Positions 9,298-21,000 of a stretch of 64,000 bases of DNA are shown here, piece by piece (the first letter of the stretch is position 1; each line of letters starts with the position of its first letter). Location of the stretch: assembly GCA_041738755.1 (NCBI GenBank), contig JBGSPE010000005.1, positions 79,872 to 143,871 on the forward strand, read 5' to 3'. Made by a program: the position numbers and the translations under genes. The DNA comes from Minisyncoccia bacterium. GTDB lineage: Bacteria; Patescibacteriota; Minisyncoccia; Phycocordibacterales; UBA918. Below the pieces are notes generated by a model. It saw nothing but the letters and a program-made list of their open reading frames with translations. It had not been told where the DNA came from and searched no databases.

Positions 9298-10383
9298 ATG
9301 CTACGCACATCGTCGGTCAGTGACTCATTATCTTTTGTAACTATACTACTGTCGCTATTGTTTATTTTTTCTATCCTTGTACCTTCAGTAGCGTCAGCAC
9401 AATCAATTGGTGTCAGTATTACACCAGCTCAGATTGAAGAAACCCTTGATCCTGGTACGACGCGACAGTTTACGTTTACCTTGCAGAATCTTAATCCAAC
9501 TGAGCAAACCTTTTACTTCTTCACTCGAAATATTTCTGGCGTACGAGACGGTGGCACACCAATATTTGCTGAGAATAACCAAGAAGTGACAGGGTATGAA
9601 TTGGCTGATTGGATTACGCTCGAGGCTACTTCTGCAGTAGTTCCAGGTGGTGGTAGTCAAGAGGTAAATTTCACCATGGTAGTACCGACTGATGCTTCTC
9701 CTGGAAGTCACTTTGGTGGGGTGTTTATATCGGTTGATCCGCCAGAGATCCAAAATAGTGGTGCGGCGGTTGGGTATCAAGTGGCAAATATTATCAGTAT
9801 TCGAGTTTCTGGAGATGCTAATAACTCAGCAAACATCAGACAATTTTCAACTGAAAGATATTTTCATGGTTCACAAAATGTAGATTTCTCAGTCAGAATT
9901 GAAAATGCTGGTAATGTTTTGGTGCGACCATCAGGACCGCTTGAGATTTATAACATGCTGGGACAACAAGTTGATTCAATTACGTTCAATGAAAGTCAAA
10001 ACGCTGTATTTCCTGCTGATACTCGAGAATATAATTTCTCATGGACTGGAGAAGGGGTGGGTTTTGGTCGTTATGAGGCTGTCTTGAGTGCGGTGTATGG
10101 CGATGAGGGTGCGAAGAAGACTATGTCCAGCACTGTTTCGTTCTGGATTTTACCAATGAATATTATCCTTCCGGCTTTAGGGATTTTAGCTTTTATCCTC
10201 CTTATAACCTTCGTATTCGTTCGCTTATATATCAAACGAACACTGGCAGGACTTTCTTCAGGGGGAACGAGGTTGGTACGAAAGCGAAAGCGAAATAGCT
10301 CATCAGCGACCCTATTACTTATTGTTTCGCTACTGACTGTCTCCTCACTATTCCTTATCGTACTCTTGGTGTTGTTTGCCTAG
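9298..10383 (+). CDS. TM-anchored surface protein, DUF916/DUF3324-like (CscA-like) or CARDB-like beta-sandwich (family B)
   Basis: Signal peptide, a roughly 270-aa ecto-region with V.N.GN motifs (FSVRIENAGNVLVRPSGPLEIYN), a GRYEAVLSAVYG motif, then a C-terminal TM plus a basic tail (RKRKRNSS). Paralogs are at 44299, 60520 and 61508. Confidence 0.5.
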   Translation: MLRTSSVSDSLSFVTILLSLLFIFSILVPSVASAQSIGVSITPAQIEETLDPGTTRQFTFTLQNLNPTEQTFYFFTRNISGVRDGGTPIFAENNQEVTGYELADWITLEATSAVVPGGGSQEVNFTMVVPTDASPGSHFGGVFISVDPPEIQNSGAAVGYQVANIISIRVSGDANNSANIRQFSTERYFHGSQNVDFSVRIENAGNVLVRPSGPLEIYNMLGQQVDSITFNESQNAVFPADTREYNFSWTGEGVGFGRYEAVLSAVYGDEGAKKTMSSTVSFWILPMNIILPALGILAFILLITFVFVRLYIKRTLAGLSSGGTRLVRKRKRNSSSATLLLIVSLLTVSSLFLIVLLVLFA

Positions 10384-10407
10384 CTTGTCAGGTTATACTA
10401 TATATGT

Positions 10408-10806
10408 ATGACAAGTACATCTGTATATCATCGAATTCTTAGAATTTCCGCAGTCGTGGTAGCGTTTGTATTGGTTTTTGAAAGCGGCCTGATTTCAGAG
10501 ACTACGGCACAATTATCACAAACTACTGAACTCTATCTTGCTAATGCAGTTGGAATGAGCGCCTCGGTAGAACCAACCGAGCTAAATCAGATGACAGCTC
10601 AACTGACCGCTCAGAAGACTCTTCTTGACCAGCGTGAGGCAGCTTTACGGGAGCGAGAAATAAATATCGAGTTTGGTAGTGGAGGAACAGACTACTCGAC
10701 GTATGTGCTGGCAAGTGTCTTATTTATCTTACTCGTACTGATACTACTCAACTACACACTGGATTATTTCCGGTACCGTGACCAAATGACGCTTCAGACT
10801 AACTAG
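10408..10806 (+). CDS. Small membrane protein with an N-terminal signal anchor, a coiled-coil and a C-terminal TM
   Basis: Assigned from hydrophobicity and a QKTLLDQREAALRERE coiled-coil segment; there is no homology clue. Confidence 0.4.
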   Translation: MTSTSVYHRILRISAVVVAFVLVFESGLISETTAQLSQTTELYLANAVGMSASVEPTELNQMTAQLTAQKTLLDQREAALREREINIEFGSGGTDYSTYVLASVLFILLVLILLNYTLDYFRYRDQMTLQTN

Positions 10807-10863
10807 GGCGAACCTGTGAAGTGTTCCGAAAAAGCCTCGTTAGGCAAGGTACAATAATAGGTA

Positions 10864-12774
10864 ATGAGTGTTTCTAAGCATGCAATTATCGTAGTGCTGC
10901 TAACTGTGGTTGGATTAACGGCGGTGCTACTTTCTTTTCTGCCGCAGTTTGTTAGTGCGCTTAATGTCCAGCGTTATAGTGACCTTATTAGTGACTCTGC
11001 ACCGACAGCTTCATCTAATCACACACTTCGGTTTGTGGTTGACACCGACGTAAATCCTGGAGGTGTGATAGAAATTACTCCACCTGAAGGGTTTGAAACG
11101 GTAGCTGATATTGGCTTTGATGTCAGGAATGTAGAGCTAACGGTTGATGGTACGACAAGAGTTGCGGGAGCAAGTGCGGGACCGGGAGTAGATCAGGTAG
11201 AGATTACACCGGGAACTCCGGGACAAATTCGCTACACCCTGGCACCTGACTCTGGTATTGGTAGCGGCGCAGAGATAGAGTTAAAAATTGGTAATCATAC
11301 CAGCAATGCAATCGGTCCCTCGTTAGAATTTAGTAGTACGACTGGTACCACTACCATCCCGGGAGATGTTGAGCCAATTATCAATAGTGCTGACACTGGT
11401 ACACATGAAGTAAAAATGGAGATTTACGATGGCGGACTCGGCTTGGTTGCCAGTGCGGGATTTCTGATTGCTGTCGTTGACCGAGTAGAAATTGCTGGTG
11501 TTGATACAACTGAAGAAGTGCCGCCATTTCGGTTTAATGGAGCGCCGACCTCTACGATTGGAGGAACTACACTCAGCGTTGAATTATCACTTGAAACTGA
11601 TGAGTTTGCGGTCTGTAGATTTTCAACAACCCCAGGTGTCAGTTACTTTGCAATGCCCAATCAGTTTGCTAATACAGGGATAATCTTCCATACCGTAGTG
11701 GTGGCTGTAACTCCGGCTACCTTCTATACCTTCTACGTTCGATGTATTGATGATGAAGGAAACTTCAATGTTGACGATTTCGAGATTGCGTTTGCTGTTA
11801 ATGAGACGCCAACCGGTGAGTCAAATGAAGAAGGTAACGTAGATGGTGACGGAACGGGGACTGGTAATCAAGGTAGTGGATCAGGTGGTGGCGGTGGTGG
11901 AACTTCCGGTTCGTCTGATGGTGAAGCACCAACGACGGGTGGAACTTCAGGTGGCGGTGGTTCAGGAGGTGGTGGCGGTGGTGGATCTGGAGGTACACGA
12001 GGAAACAGTGGCGGTGGAGGATTTGAATCAACTGACGCTCCGTTTCAAAGCGGAGATGGGCGAGTCGTTATCACCGGTTTGGCGTTCCCAAATAGTAACG
12101 TCACGTTTCTGGTCGATGGGAAAATTGCACAGTCTGTTCGGGCGGGAGGCAGTGGTGCCTATTCAGTGACGCTCGATGAGATTGCTCGCGGCGCGTATAC
12201 CTTCGGCGTGTATGCTACCGGAGCTGATGATGTGAAATCTTCCACATTTAGTACATCATTTACTGTCACTGGCGCCCGTACTTCGGCACTTTCTAATATT
12301 AATATTCCACCTTCAATTAGAGCTACTCCCGATCCGGTTGATCCTGGACAAGTGCTAACGCTTTCAGGATATGCAATTGCAAACTCAACCCTCACTATTC
12401 AAAATAGTCGTCTTCGTACATCTACCTCAGCAAGTGTACAAGCGACGGCGGATGGAAGTGGACGCTGGTCAACTACACTACAAACAAATAATTTTACGAA
12501 TGGCACATATCAAGTTCGAGCTCGGGCAGCGCAAGAGGGCGGAGCAACAACAAATTTTTCTGAATATACATTTTATGGCGTAGGTGAAGCAGCTGATGTT
12601 CCTATCAATGCCGATCTTAATACTGACGGAAGAATCAACTTGACTGACTTTTCTATTTTGCTGTTCTGGTGGAATAGTAACGGTGGAGATTCAGACCCAC
12701 CAGCTGATATTAACCGTGATGGAAGAGTCACGTTGACTGACTTTTCCATCCTACTGTTTAACTGGACTGGGTAA
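10864..12774 (+). CDS. Secreted protein with the family-A head domain, a Gly-rich linker, Ig-like domains and a C-terminal type-I dockerin
   Basis: The N-terminus is homologous to the products of 8096 and 46865. The C-terminus is a duplicated dockerin segment, DLNTDGRINLTDFSILLFWW ... DINRDGRVTLTDFSILLFNW, whose D1/N3/D5/G6/D12 residues match the dockerin Ca-binding loop. Confidence 0.75.
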   Translation: MSVSKHAIIVVLLTVVGLTAVLLSFLPQFVSALNVQRYSDLISDSAPTASSNHTLRFVVDTDVNPGGVIEITPPEGFETVADIGFDVRNVELTVDGTTRVAGASAGPGVDQVEITPGTPGQIRYTLAPDSGIGSGAEIELKIGNHTSNAIGPSLEFSSTTGTTTIPGDVEPIINSADTGTHEVKMEIYDGGLGLVASAGFLIAVVDRVEIAGVDTTEEVPPFRFNGAPTSTIGGTTLSVELSLETDEFAVCRFSTTPGVSYFAMPNQFANTGIIFHTVVVAVTPATFYTFYVRCIDDEGNFNVDDFEIAFAVNETPTGESNEEGNVDGDGTGTGNQGSGSGGGGGGTSGSSDGEAPTTGGTSGGGGSGGGGGGGSGGTRGNSGGGGFESTDAPFQSGDGRVVITGLAFPNSNVTFLVDGKIAQSVRAGGSGAYSVTLDEIARGAYTFGVYATGADDVKSSTFSTSFTVTGARTSALSNINIPPSIRATPDPVDPGQVLTLSGYAIANSTLTIQNSRLRTSTSASVQATADGSGRWSTTLQTNNFTNGTYQVRARAAQEGGATTNFSEYTFYGVGEAADVPINADLNTDGRINLTDFSILLFWWNSNGGDSDPPADINRDGRVTLTDFSILLFNWTG

Positions 12775-12844
12775 ATTTATTGACAATGTATTCATGTGGG
12801 TAACCTCATACATATACATTACAAACACCGTATACTATTAGAGT

Positions 12845-13345
12845 ATGTCCTTTTTACAAAGACTAAAAAGTCGCGGAGTCAGAAGTGGGGAAGCCTCACT
12901 ACAGTCTGATGCAGAAGAAACTGCAGCAGACAAAGTTGCTCAGCTGCACGTTGATGTGTACCAAACAGATCAACTTATTGTTGTATATGCCCAGTCAGCT
13001 GGAGCAGACATGAACGATGTGCACGTTTCGATTGAAGGTGACGCAGACATTGTACTGATTGAGGGTAAGCGAATTCGACCCGAGTACATTGTTTTCCCTA
13101 AAAAAATCATCAAGGGTTCATTTGTTGCAAGCGAGTGCGTGTGGGGCGATTTTTATCGCCGGATTATTTTGCCTGAGAGTGTAAATATTGATAAAGCAGA
13201 AGCAAAAATAAAAAATGGAGTTTTAATACTTATCCTACCTTTATTGAAGTCAAGTGAAAAAGAAAAAGTAAAATTAAAAGTGATGGGAACACGACCGCAA
13301 GCACGATCTCAAGCGCAGGCACGACCCCAACCACGACGTTCTTAA
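12845..13345 (+). CDS. Hsp20/alpha-crystallin small heat-shock protein
   Basis: Alpha-crystallin-domain pattern LHVDVYQTDQ...IEG...ILPESVNIDKAEAKIKNGVLILILP, with a basic C-terminal tail. Confidence 0.7.
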   Translation: MSFLQRLKSRGVRSGEASLQSDAEETAADKVAQLHVDVYQTDQLIVVYAQSAGADMNDVHVSIEGDADIVLIEGKRIRPEYIVFPKKIIKGSFVASECVWGDFYRRIILPESVNIDKAEAKIKNGVLILILPLLKSSEKEKVKLKVMGTRPQARSQAQARPQPRRS

Positions 13346-13356
13346 GTTCTTCATTT

Positions 13357-14898
13357 ATGTCAAAATTTTTCCATACTACAAACTTAAGCCTCTCCTTAAA
13401 GTTTTTTGCGATTGTCTTGGTATGGTTCTGTGTGTCGGTCTCATTTACATATGCAGCAGATCTTTCACTTTCACCAAGTAGTGGTTCGTATTCAGCTGGA
13501 CAGACATTTACCACAACTGTCCGAGTTTCACCCAATGGAGCTAATGTTAATGCAGTTGAAGCATCACTCCGGTTTAATCCAGCGGTGTTGTCAGTCGTGA
13601 GTGTGAGTAAAGGTCCGGCATTTTCATTGTGGACGACTGAGCCAACATTTTCAAACAGTGCCGGGACAATCCAATTTGGCGGTGGTAGCCCAGCTCCATT
13701 TTCAGCCGCTTCAAATCTTTTAACTATTACATTTAGAACGGTAGCTCCTGGTTCGGGCACCGTGTCATTCACCGGCTCATCGGTATTAGCCGCCGATGGT
13801 CGAGGGACTGATGTGTTTGAAAATGCAGCACCAGCTACTTTTGCAGTAGCGGCTGGAGCGGCACCAACACCTACCCCAACTCCTACTCCTACTCCTACAC
13901 CAACACCTCCTGCCGAAACGGGTAATAGTGGAGATGAGGCAATTATTTTCGGAGACCCACCACGACCACCAGAAATTGGTTCACCAATCTTCCTTGACCC
14001 AAACACCTGGTACAGCGACACAGAGGGAGTGTTTACGTGGACGCTACCATTTGATGTAAGTGCTCTGGCTGTGGAGATTACTGACAATGCTGAAAATCGT
14101 CCTGAGTTGAATCGAGCTGCAATTGTTGACCCACCGACTGAAGAATTTTTCATTACAAAAGATTTGATAAAAGATGGTGTTCAGTATATTAGTATCAATT
14201 ATCAGAATCAGGTTGGATGGGGCGCGCCAACGAATCGGAAGCTTCAGGTTGACACAACCGCTCCTGAACCATTTGCTATCAATGTACGAGCTGGTACATC
14301 TCCGAGCTCATTCCCACTCCTTAACTTTGAGGCGCTCGATGTTACTTCAGGAATTAACTTCTATGAAATGACGGTAGCGGACCGAGAACCAATTCGAATC
14401 ACTCCAGATGAAGCAAAGCTTGGGTACTTACTGACAGATCTTGAAGACGGTACCTATACAGTAAAGGTGGTAGCAACTGACATGGCTGGTAATATTCGCG
14501 AAAGTAGTGTCGCGGTACTTATTACAGCCGGTTGGATAAAACCGCTCGAGACACTTGAGGAAGGATCGATCTTTGATTTCCTCACTGCCAAAAATCTTCT
14601 CATCTTCTTCCTCTTCGTTGTGATTGCCTTGCAGATGGTATACATGTGGTACACGAGAAAGCATACAAGGGAGCGAGAAGAAAAATTACGTCGAGAAACG
14701 CGTGAAATTCAAGATCAGATGGAGAAAATATTCTCAGCGCTCCGTGATGAAATTTATGACCAAATTATCTCTATCACCAAACGTAAACGACTTTCACCAA
14801 AAGAAAAAGAAGCCATCGAAGGTCTAACACAAGCACTCGAAGTGTCTGAGACCTTGATAGAAAAGGAAATCAATGATGTGAAAACGATTTTGAAGTAA
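13357..14898 (+). CDS. Membrane-anchored cohesin-domain protein with a PT linker, an Ig-like domain, a TM and a cytoplasmic coiled-coil tail
   Basis: The cohesin-like domain spans about nt 13453-13866 (LSLSPSSGSYSAGQTFTTTVRVSPNGANVNAVEASLRFNPAVLSVVSV...). It is followed by a (TP)n linker, an Ig-like DGTYTVKVVATDMAGN segment, a TM (LLIFFLFVVIALQMVYMW) and a coiled coil ending IEKEINDVKTILK. Confidence 0.65.
   Translation: MSKFFHTTNLSLSLKFFAIVLVWFCVSVSFTYAADLSLSPSSGSYSAGQTFTTTVRVSPNGANVNAVEASLRFNPAVLSVVSVSKGPAFSLWTTEPTFSNSAGTIQFGGGSPAPFSAASNLLTITFRTVAPGSGTVSFTGSSVLAADGRGTDVFENAAPATFAVAAGAAPTPTPTPTPTPTPTPPAETGNSGDEAIIFGDPPRPPEIGSPIFLDPNTWYSDTEGVFTWTLPFDVSALAVEITDNAENRPELNRAAIVDPPTEEFFITKDLIKDGVQYISINYQNQVGWGAPTNRKLQVDTTAPEPFAINVRAGTSPSSFPLLNFEALDVTSGINFYEMTVADREPIRITPDEAKLGYLLTDLEDGTYTVKVVATDMAGNIRESSVAVLITAGWIKPLETLEEGSIFDFLTAKNLLIFFLFVVIALQMVYMWYTRKHTREREEKLRRETREIQDQMEKIFSALRDEIYDQIISITKRKRLSPKEKEAIEGLTQALEVSETLIEKEINDVKTILK
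13864..13911 (+). repeat. Coding microsatellite (ACNCCN)n encoding a (Thr-Pro)n linker
   Basis: acacctaccccaactcctactcctactcctacaccaacacctcc. Confidence 0.8.
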
Positions 14899-14928
14899 AA
14901 CCACTAATTAATCCCCATAAAACAAGCG

Positions 14929-14960
14929 TATCGCGTAAGTCTTCAGTGACTTACGCGATA
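14929..14960 (+). terminator. 13-bp perfect stem hairpin (tatcgcgtaagtc / gacttacgcgata, loop ttcagt) after gene 13357-14898; terminator-like but lacks a clean T-run
   Basis: Read directly from the sequence. An AT-rich stretch with tataat and an AGAGG RBS follows, ahead of the GTG start at 15005. Confidence 0.45.
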
Positions 14961-15004
14961 TACTTATAATTGCCACTACTTATAGCTGGCTTAGAGGTTT
15001 TTCT

Positions 15005-18000
15005 GTGGAGCGACTCAAAAAGGTAATACAATCACTTGGAACTAAGGGGGTAATCGGACTAGTTCTGTTCGGGTGTTTTGTTGTATATGCTGCAACCGTA
15101 GACCGTACCGTCTACGTGAGTGAGAGAATGCTGTTGCTGCCAGGTTCCGCTACCTCTGCAGGTTTTGAAAATCCAGAACGGTCGCTCATACAAGACTTAG
15201 GCGACTATACACTTTTCCAAGATTTTAATGCTAACAATTCAGCTGCTCTTAGCGAAGAAATAATTTTTCCTCCAGCCCCAGAACCTTCAAATCAAAATAC
15301 TGATCCAGGACCAACAACAGGCGGAACACAAGGAGACGGTCAAGGAGAACCAGCGGGTCAAACTGAGGAGGGAGGATCAGTTACCCCAGAAGTATTACCT
15401 GAATCTGATGTTGAGGAGCAGCCAGAACCACAACCTGATTCAGAACCAACTGCTGAATCAAGCCCAGCTCCTATAAATGAGACGGAGGTAAGTGAGCCAG
15501 TAAGCTCATTATTCAATAACCCAATTCGTAATCAAGTCACGGGACAGTTTCCTTATGCACAAGAAGCGACACAAGAACCTGTTGTAGAAGAACCGGTATC
15601 AGAAGCCGTAGAGGATTTAGATGAAACTGCGTTGGGTAGCGAACGTGTTGAAACTGATACTGCCGTAAGTGAAGAATCTGTTTCAGAAATAGATGAAGAA
15701 ATTGTAAATCCTGAGCTTGAGTCAGTAACCGAGACACCAGAATCAATTAGCCCAAGCGATATTCTTCCAGAACCGGAAGTGACAACTGCCCCAGACGTAG
15801 TGGTATCTGAAGAACTACTAGAAGAAGCGTTAGTGGAGTCAGTTAGTCCACAGATTGAGTGTAGTTCACAAGTAAATTGTACTACGCACAGCATTACGTA
15901 CACAGACTTTAATATTCCAGAATTTGAACGAGGCACAGTCTTAAATGGAGTACAACTGCGCTTGTCTTTGGCAGCGCAAACAAAATCTCCAGAACAGGAC
16001 CAAATTCAGCGATTTGTTATCGAGTATTCATTTGATGGTGAGGTTACATGGAGCACCGCCTCAGTTATTGATATTGATGAAGAAATCTCCAACAGTATAA
16101 ATGGCGGCTTCTTTCTCGCCAATCTTCCCAATCCTCCAGTGGCAAATTCGCTTGCAGGCCTTGCCGTTCGTGTTTCATACCAAGGAGATATTACTGAGTT
16201 AAACGAGGCTTTTGTAGAAGCGGTATGGCTTGAACTTAACTCAGGACGATTTTATGAAGAAGGAGATCCATTTTTCAATACGGATACCATTGATTATGAG
16301 CGGAATTTAGAGTCACCAAAATTCCATTCATTACACACAGAAGGATTGGACATGTCATTGAATGAGCTTCCATCGTTTACGATGGATTATGATCCGCAAC
16401 AAAATTTTCTGCGACGTATATTTACTGGACTCTTTAGTGATAATACCTATGAGGTAGGGAGCATTGAATTAGTGGATAGTGCGGGTGTCCGAGTTGAGGT
16501 TCCTTTTGAAGTGGTGTACCACGACGACACAACCTGGACAGTTGAGATGATGAGGCAGCCACAAAAAATGCAGCCTGGTAAATATGAACTCCGTCTCACG
16601 ATAAATGAAAATGATGCTGAGTTTGTCGATGTGTTCGAATTCTACTGGGGTGTTTTGGCCGTAAATACAACCAAAAGCATGTACGCTCCAAACGAAGCCG
16701 TGGCATTGAATTTGGCCGCCTTGACGGATAAGGGTGACACTATTTGTGATGCCGAACTTGCTTTGAAAATTATTGATCCAGCAAATGAAATTTATGAAGT
16801 ACCGGTTCAACAATCGGGTTCATGTGGTCCAAATAATGTTACTGATATTTCTGACTATATAGCTGATTTTAGAAATACCGGTGAAGTTGGTGTATATCAG
16901 ATTTTGCTTGAGCATAAGAACCAGGCTGGTGAAGTAGTCCATAAGATAGCTGATTCTTTTGAAGTGCGTGACTATATTCCTTTTGATATTACGCGAACTG
17001 CTCCAACTCGAATTTACCCACCTGCGCCATATACAGTCACGCTTGCTATTAAAGCCAATCGAGCATTTACCGGAGACATTGTCGAGCGAGTTCCACGGGG
17101 GTTTGTCTTTGCGGACACCAGTGGTGCTGAGGTAACTACACTTGAAGAGGCAACTCTCTTGACTTGGAAAGATGTAGTGCTTGAAGAAGGTGATGAACTC
17201 ACGCTCTCGTATGTCTTTGATGCTCCAGATATTAGTCCGTATATGTACTTGCTTGGCCCACTTGATATGGATGGCTTTACAGAGTTACGTCAGTGGCAGA
17301 TTGCGTCTGATGCCATTTCGGCAGTGGCAGTTCTTTCAGCAACTCAGACTGAGTTAGGTACAAACCTTAACGATGCAACAGCAGGAGCGCTAATCTGGAG
17401 TACAAGTACCTTAGATGCATTTTATTTTTCACACTCTACCGGCACAACGCCGGAGCGATTATTTGTCGAAGTAGATGGAGATTATCTGGTGTCAGTAGCA
17501 CTACCTCTTGAACGAACTGATACTACTGATACTAGAACCCGTGTTGGATTTGAGGTGAGAGTTAACGGCGCTGTTATTCCACAAGCCATAAGTCGAAGTG
17601 GGTACATGAAGAATCAAATCAGTAACGGCAATCGACAAGGTGAATCATCATCAAACGGTAGTTTCTTACTGACAGGGTTATCAGAAGGAGATTATATCGA
17701 GGTCTATGCGCAGGGTCTTACGACAAGTTTTAATAATGTCATTGTTTCAGGTCAAGCAAGTTTATATGTTGAACACATTACACCAGCTACTGGAGTATTT
17801 GCAGCTACTGCTACCTCGACAACAAATTCTGCAAACCTAAACCAAGCGACTGCATTTCCGCTTCGTTGGACTGAAACACGACAAGATACGGGTTTTGTAC
17901 ACTCAGATACCATTAACCCAGAAAACATCATAATCTCTGAACCCGGTACATACCTGGTATATGCAAACGTACCGCTCTTCTCGACAGTAACGCAACACCG

Positions 18001-21000
18001 AAACGTTTTGGGTAGAGTCACCCTGGGAGGAGTACAGGTACCAAACGGTATATTTTCGCAAGGGTATCACAACGTAAGCAATAGTAATGACTTCAATGCC
18101 TCAATTCACTTCTCTGGTATTGTGGTAGCAACCACTACTGATCAGGTACTCACGATTACAACTGAACAAGAATCAAGTGCTGGAACTACCGTAATACCAA
18201 CTGGTTTTGAAGGTTCAATATACATCCAAAAGCTTCCAACTGATGACGTTATTGCTCTGCGGGGACAAGATCCAATAGGTGGTACCAACTGGAATGTTTC
18301 ACCGGCTCAAGCAATTGGCTGGAACACCCAAGATCAATATGATAGTACTACGTTCACGCACTCAACTGGGGTAAATAATGATCAAATTATTATTAATGAG
18401 GCAGGTGATTATGTTTTGGTATATAACGATGCGTTATTTACGACAACAGGTAACGCTGCAAACGTTATTACCGTTACTAAAAACGGTGTTGCGGTGGCCG
18501 GTGCCCAGACAAAAACACACCATATTTCAGCCGGTACTGGTCACAATGATTCATCCGGCTCACTTACGTTTACGCTTGAAGGTCTAGTACCAACAGATGT
18601 AATTCGAGTGACAACTATCCAAGAAGGAGCAAACGCAACGATAAACGATCGTGCCGATGCCAGCTTACTTATCTGGAAGAAACGAGAGCTTAACTTTAGA
18701 CCGGGTGAACCAACAATGTTCGATACACCGTTTGATAATATTCGGTTTGCCTCAACTACACCGTACTTTGATTTTGCAGCAACTGACCCTGACGGTACAT
18801 CGAATGTAGTATACGAATTTACTATTAGTACTACTTCAGACTTTAGTACATCGGTTACTCGAATATCCGATACAGATGCTGGATTCGTTAATACCGCATC
18901 TTCTACCGACGCGAGTCCGTTTACTGAAGGAGAGCGGATTAGATTCCAGCTACAACCTGGTGACGCCTTGCAAAATAATACTACTTACTATTGGCGAGTC
19001 CGAGCCAAAGACGTGACTGGTTCGGCCGAGTTTGGTGATTGGTCAACTACCCAAAGTTTAACGGTTGATGTAACGGTGGAAGTACCAAACTGGCATCAAA
19101 CTACTGACGCTCAACTTTTAAGTAATCAACTTACCGGTGTTGCGTCAGCGGAAGGTGATGGTGCTGTGGTTGATATTGTTGAAAATACAGAAGCAATACT
19201 TGTGTATGGTGAAAAGACTGACACGTTGTTAAAGTACCGATTCTGGGACGGTCTGGCTTGGACCGCTGAAACAAACGGTCCTGATCTTGGCGGTCAGATT
19301 TTTTGGGCGGAAACTTCAGCTGGTAACATTCGTGACGAGTATGTGGGAATTTTCTTGACGGCAGACGGTGATACAAACGCTCTTGTGTATAGTGCTTCAA
19401 GTTCAACCTGGGGAAGTCAAACTGAGTTTGAAACAGCTGTAAACACTCCAGCCCGTCGAGGAATCGCAGTAGCTCATGAAAGTGTTTCGGGACGAGCGAT
19501 TGCTGTGTCATGTAGTACGGGAACTAATCCAAACTACACAATCTGGGACGGTTCAAGCTGGTCAACTCCAGCTAGTATCTCCGTCGGGACGGCTAGTAAC
19601 TGCAACTGGTTAAAGTTAGTAGCGGACCCAGAGTCAGATGAAATGATTCTCGTCGTAAAAGGAGCCGCTAATAATTACGAAGCCGTAGTGTGGGACGGTA
19701 CTGCCTGGGGAAATAATAAAACTCTTGGCCGGGCGGTAGGAACCAACCTCAATACTGATGGAATGAGCGCGGTGTATGAAGCCTCGGGGGATCAGGCTTT
19801 GGTTGTTTCGTCTGACGCCAGTGATGCTGAATTTGTGTATAGTGCTTGGAATGGAGTCGAGTGGCTCATTAATGTTAATGTGCCAGTCACTGGTGATTTT
19901 GAGAATGGTCGGTTGGTCAGGGATGTTGGTACTGACAGAATTGGTTTGTGTATGGTTGATGATCAGTCAGATATAAATGCATTTATTTGGGATGGTACGG
20001 CCTGGGGGACTGAAACACAACTCGAACCCCTAACCGAGTCAGTACAAAGTCGGCCATTTGATTGTTTGTTTGAAACGGTACCAGGACGAGATGGTAATTT
20101 CATCGTAGCTTACTCTGATAGTGCGACTGACGAATATCAGTTTTTTGACACGACATGGTCTGGTCCGCTTGATATGTCCAATATGGAGGAGTTTTGGTAT
20201 CTCGAAACAGTTCGAACGGGTGACGGAACTTTATTGGCAGTAGGTATGGAAAATGTTGGAATCGACCCACTTCGAGCGAGTGAGTTTAATGGAACAAGTT
20301 GGTCACCAAGCACTCTCATTGAAGCTGATCCGGCTGAGACAAATGCTGATCCGCGAAGTGAATCATTTTCACTATCGGCAAAACGCTTTAGCTTCGCACA
20401 AGGAGAGTTGTTGACACAACCAATTGATTTTTCTTTTGTGCCGGGCCAACCATCGTGGGGAGATATGTTTTTTAACACAACTGAGCCAATCGGCACCAGT
20501 GTGTCAGTGCGAGTCAAATATTCCAATGTAGGGGTGTGTGATGCGTATATACCAAATGGCACACTTCCTGGGAATGACGTTGGCTTTACGGTAGAGGACG
20601 GTCCAATTGATCTTTCAGGGCTCAGCACTACAACCTATAATCAAATTTGTCTTGAAGCAACAATTAATCGTAGTGGTGATGTCTCAGCCGTCCTCAATGA
20701 TTGGACACTTACCTGGGTACGTGAACCAAAACTTATTCAAAATCAGTACCGGTGGTACGTCAATGGAAGTTTTTTAAGTCCGGTAGATCCTTGGCCATTT
20801 GGAGTGAATGATTTGGCAGAAAATACACCACTTGGAGCTGCTGAGGCAATTAATATCGAACAATCGATTCGCCTACGAATGTCCCTACAAGGACTTAATA
20901 TTGATTTACCAGCAGCAACTGAAACATTTAAACTTCAGTATGCAGAAGGCCTAACATGTTCGCCAACACTTAACTGGCAAGATGTGGGTGGTATCGGTAG

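Noticed and set aside
11870-12010. GGTGGTGGCGG-type tandem DNA repeats that look superficially like a repeat array.
   Set aside because: They are in-frame and encode a Gly-rich linker in 10864-12774. No spacer/repeat periodicity or CRISPR-like structure is present.
13230-14153. A 307-aa minus-strand ORF containing a GVGVGVGVGVGVG run.
   Set aside because: It is the reverse complement of the (TP)n-linker microsatellite and lies inside the cohesin-protein gene, so it is an artefact of the coding repeat.
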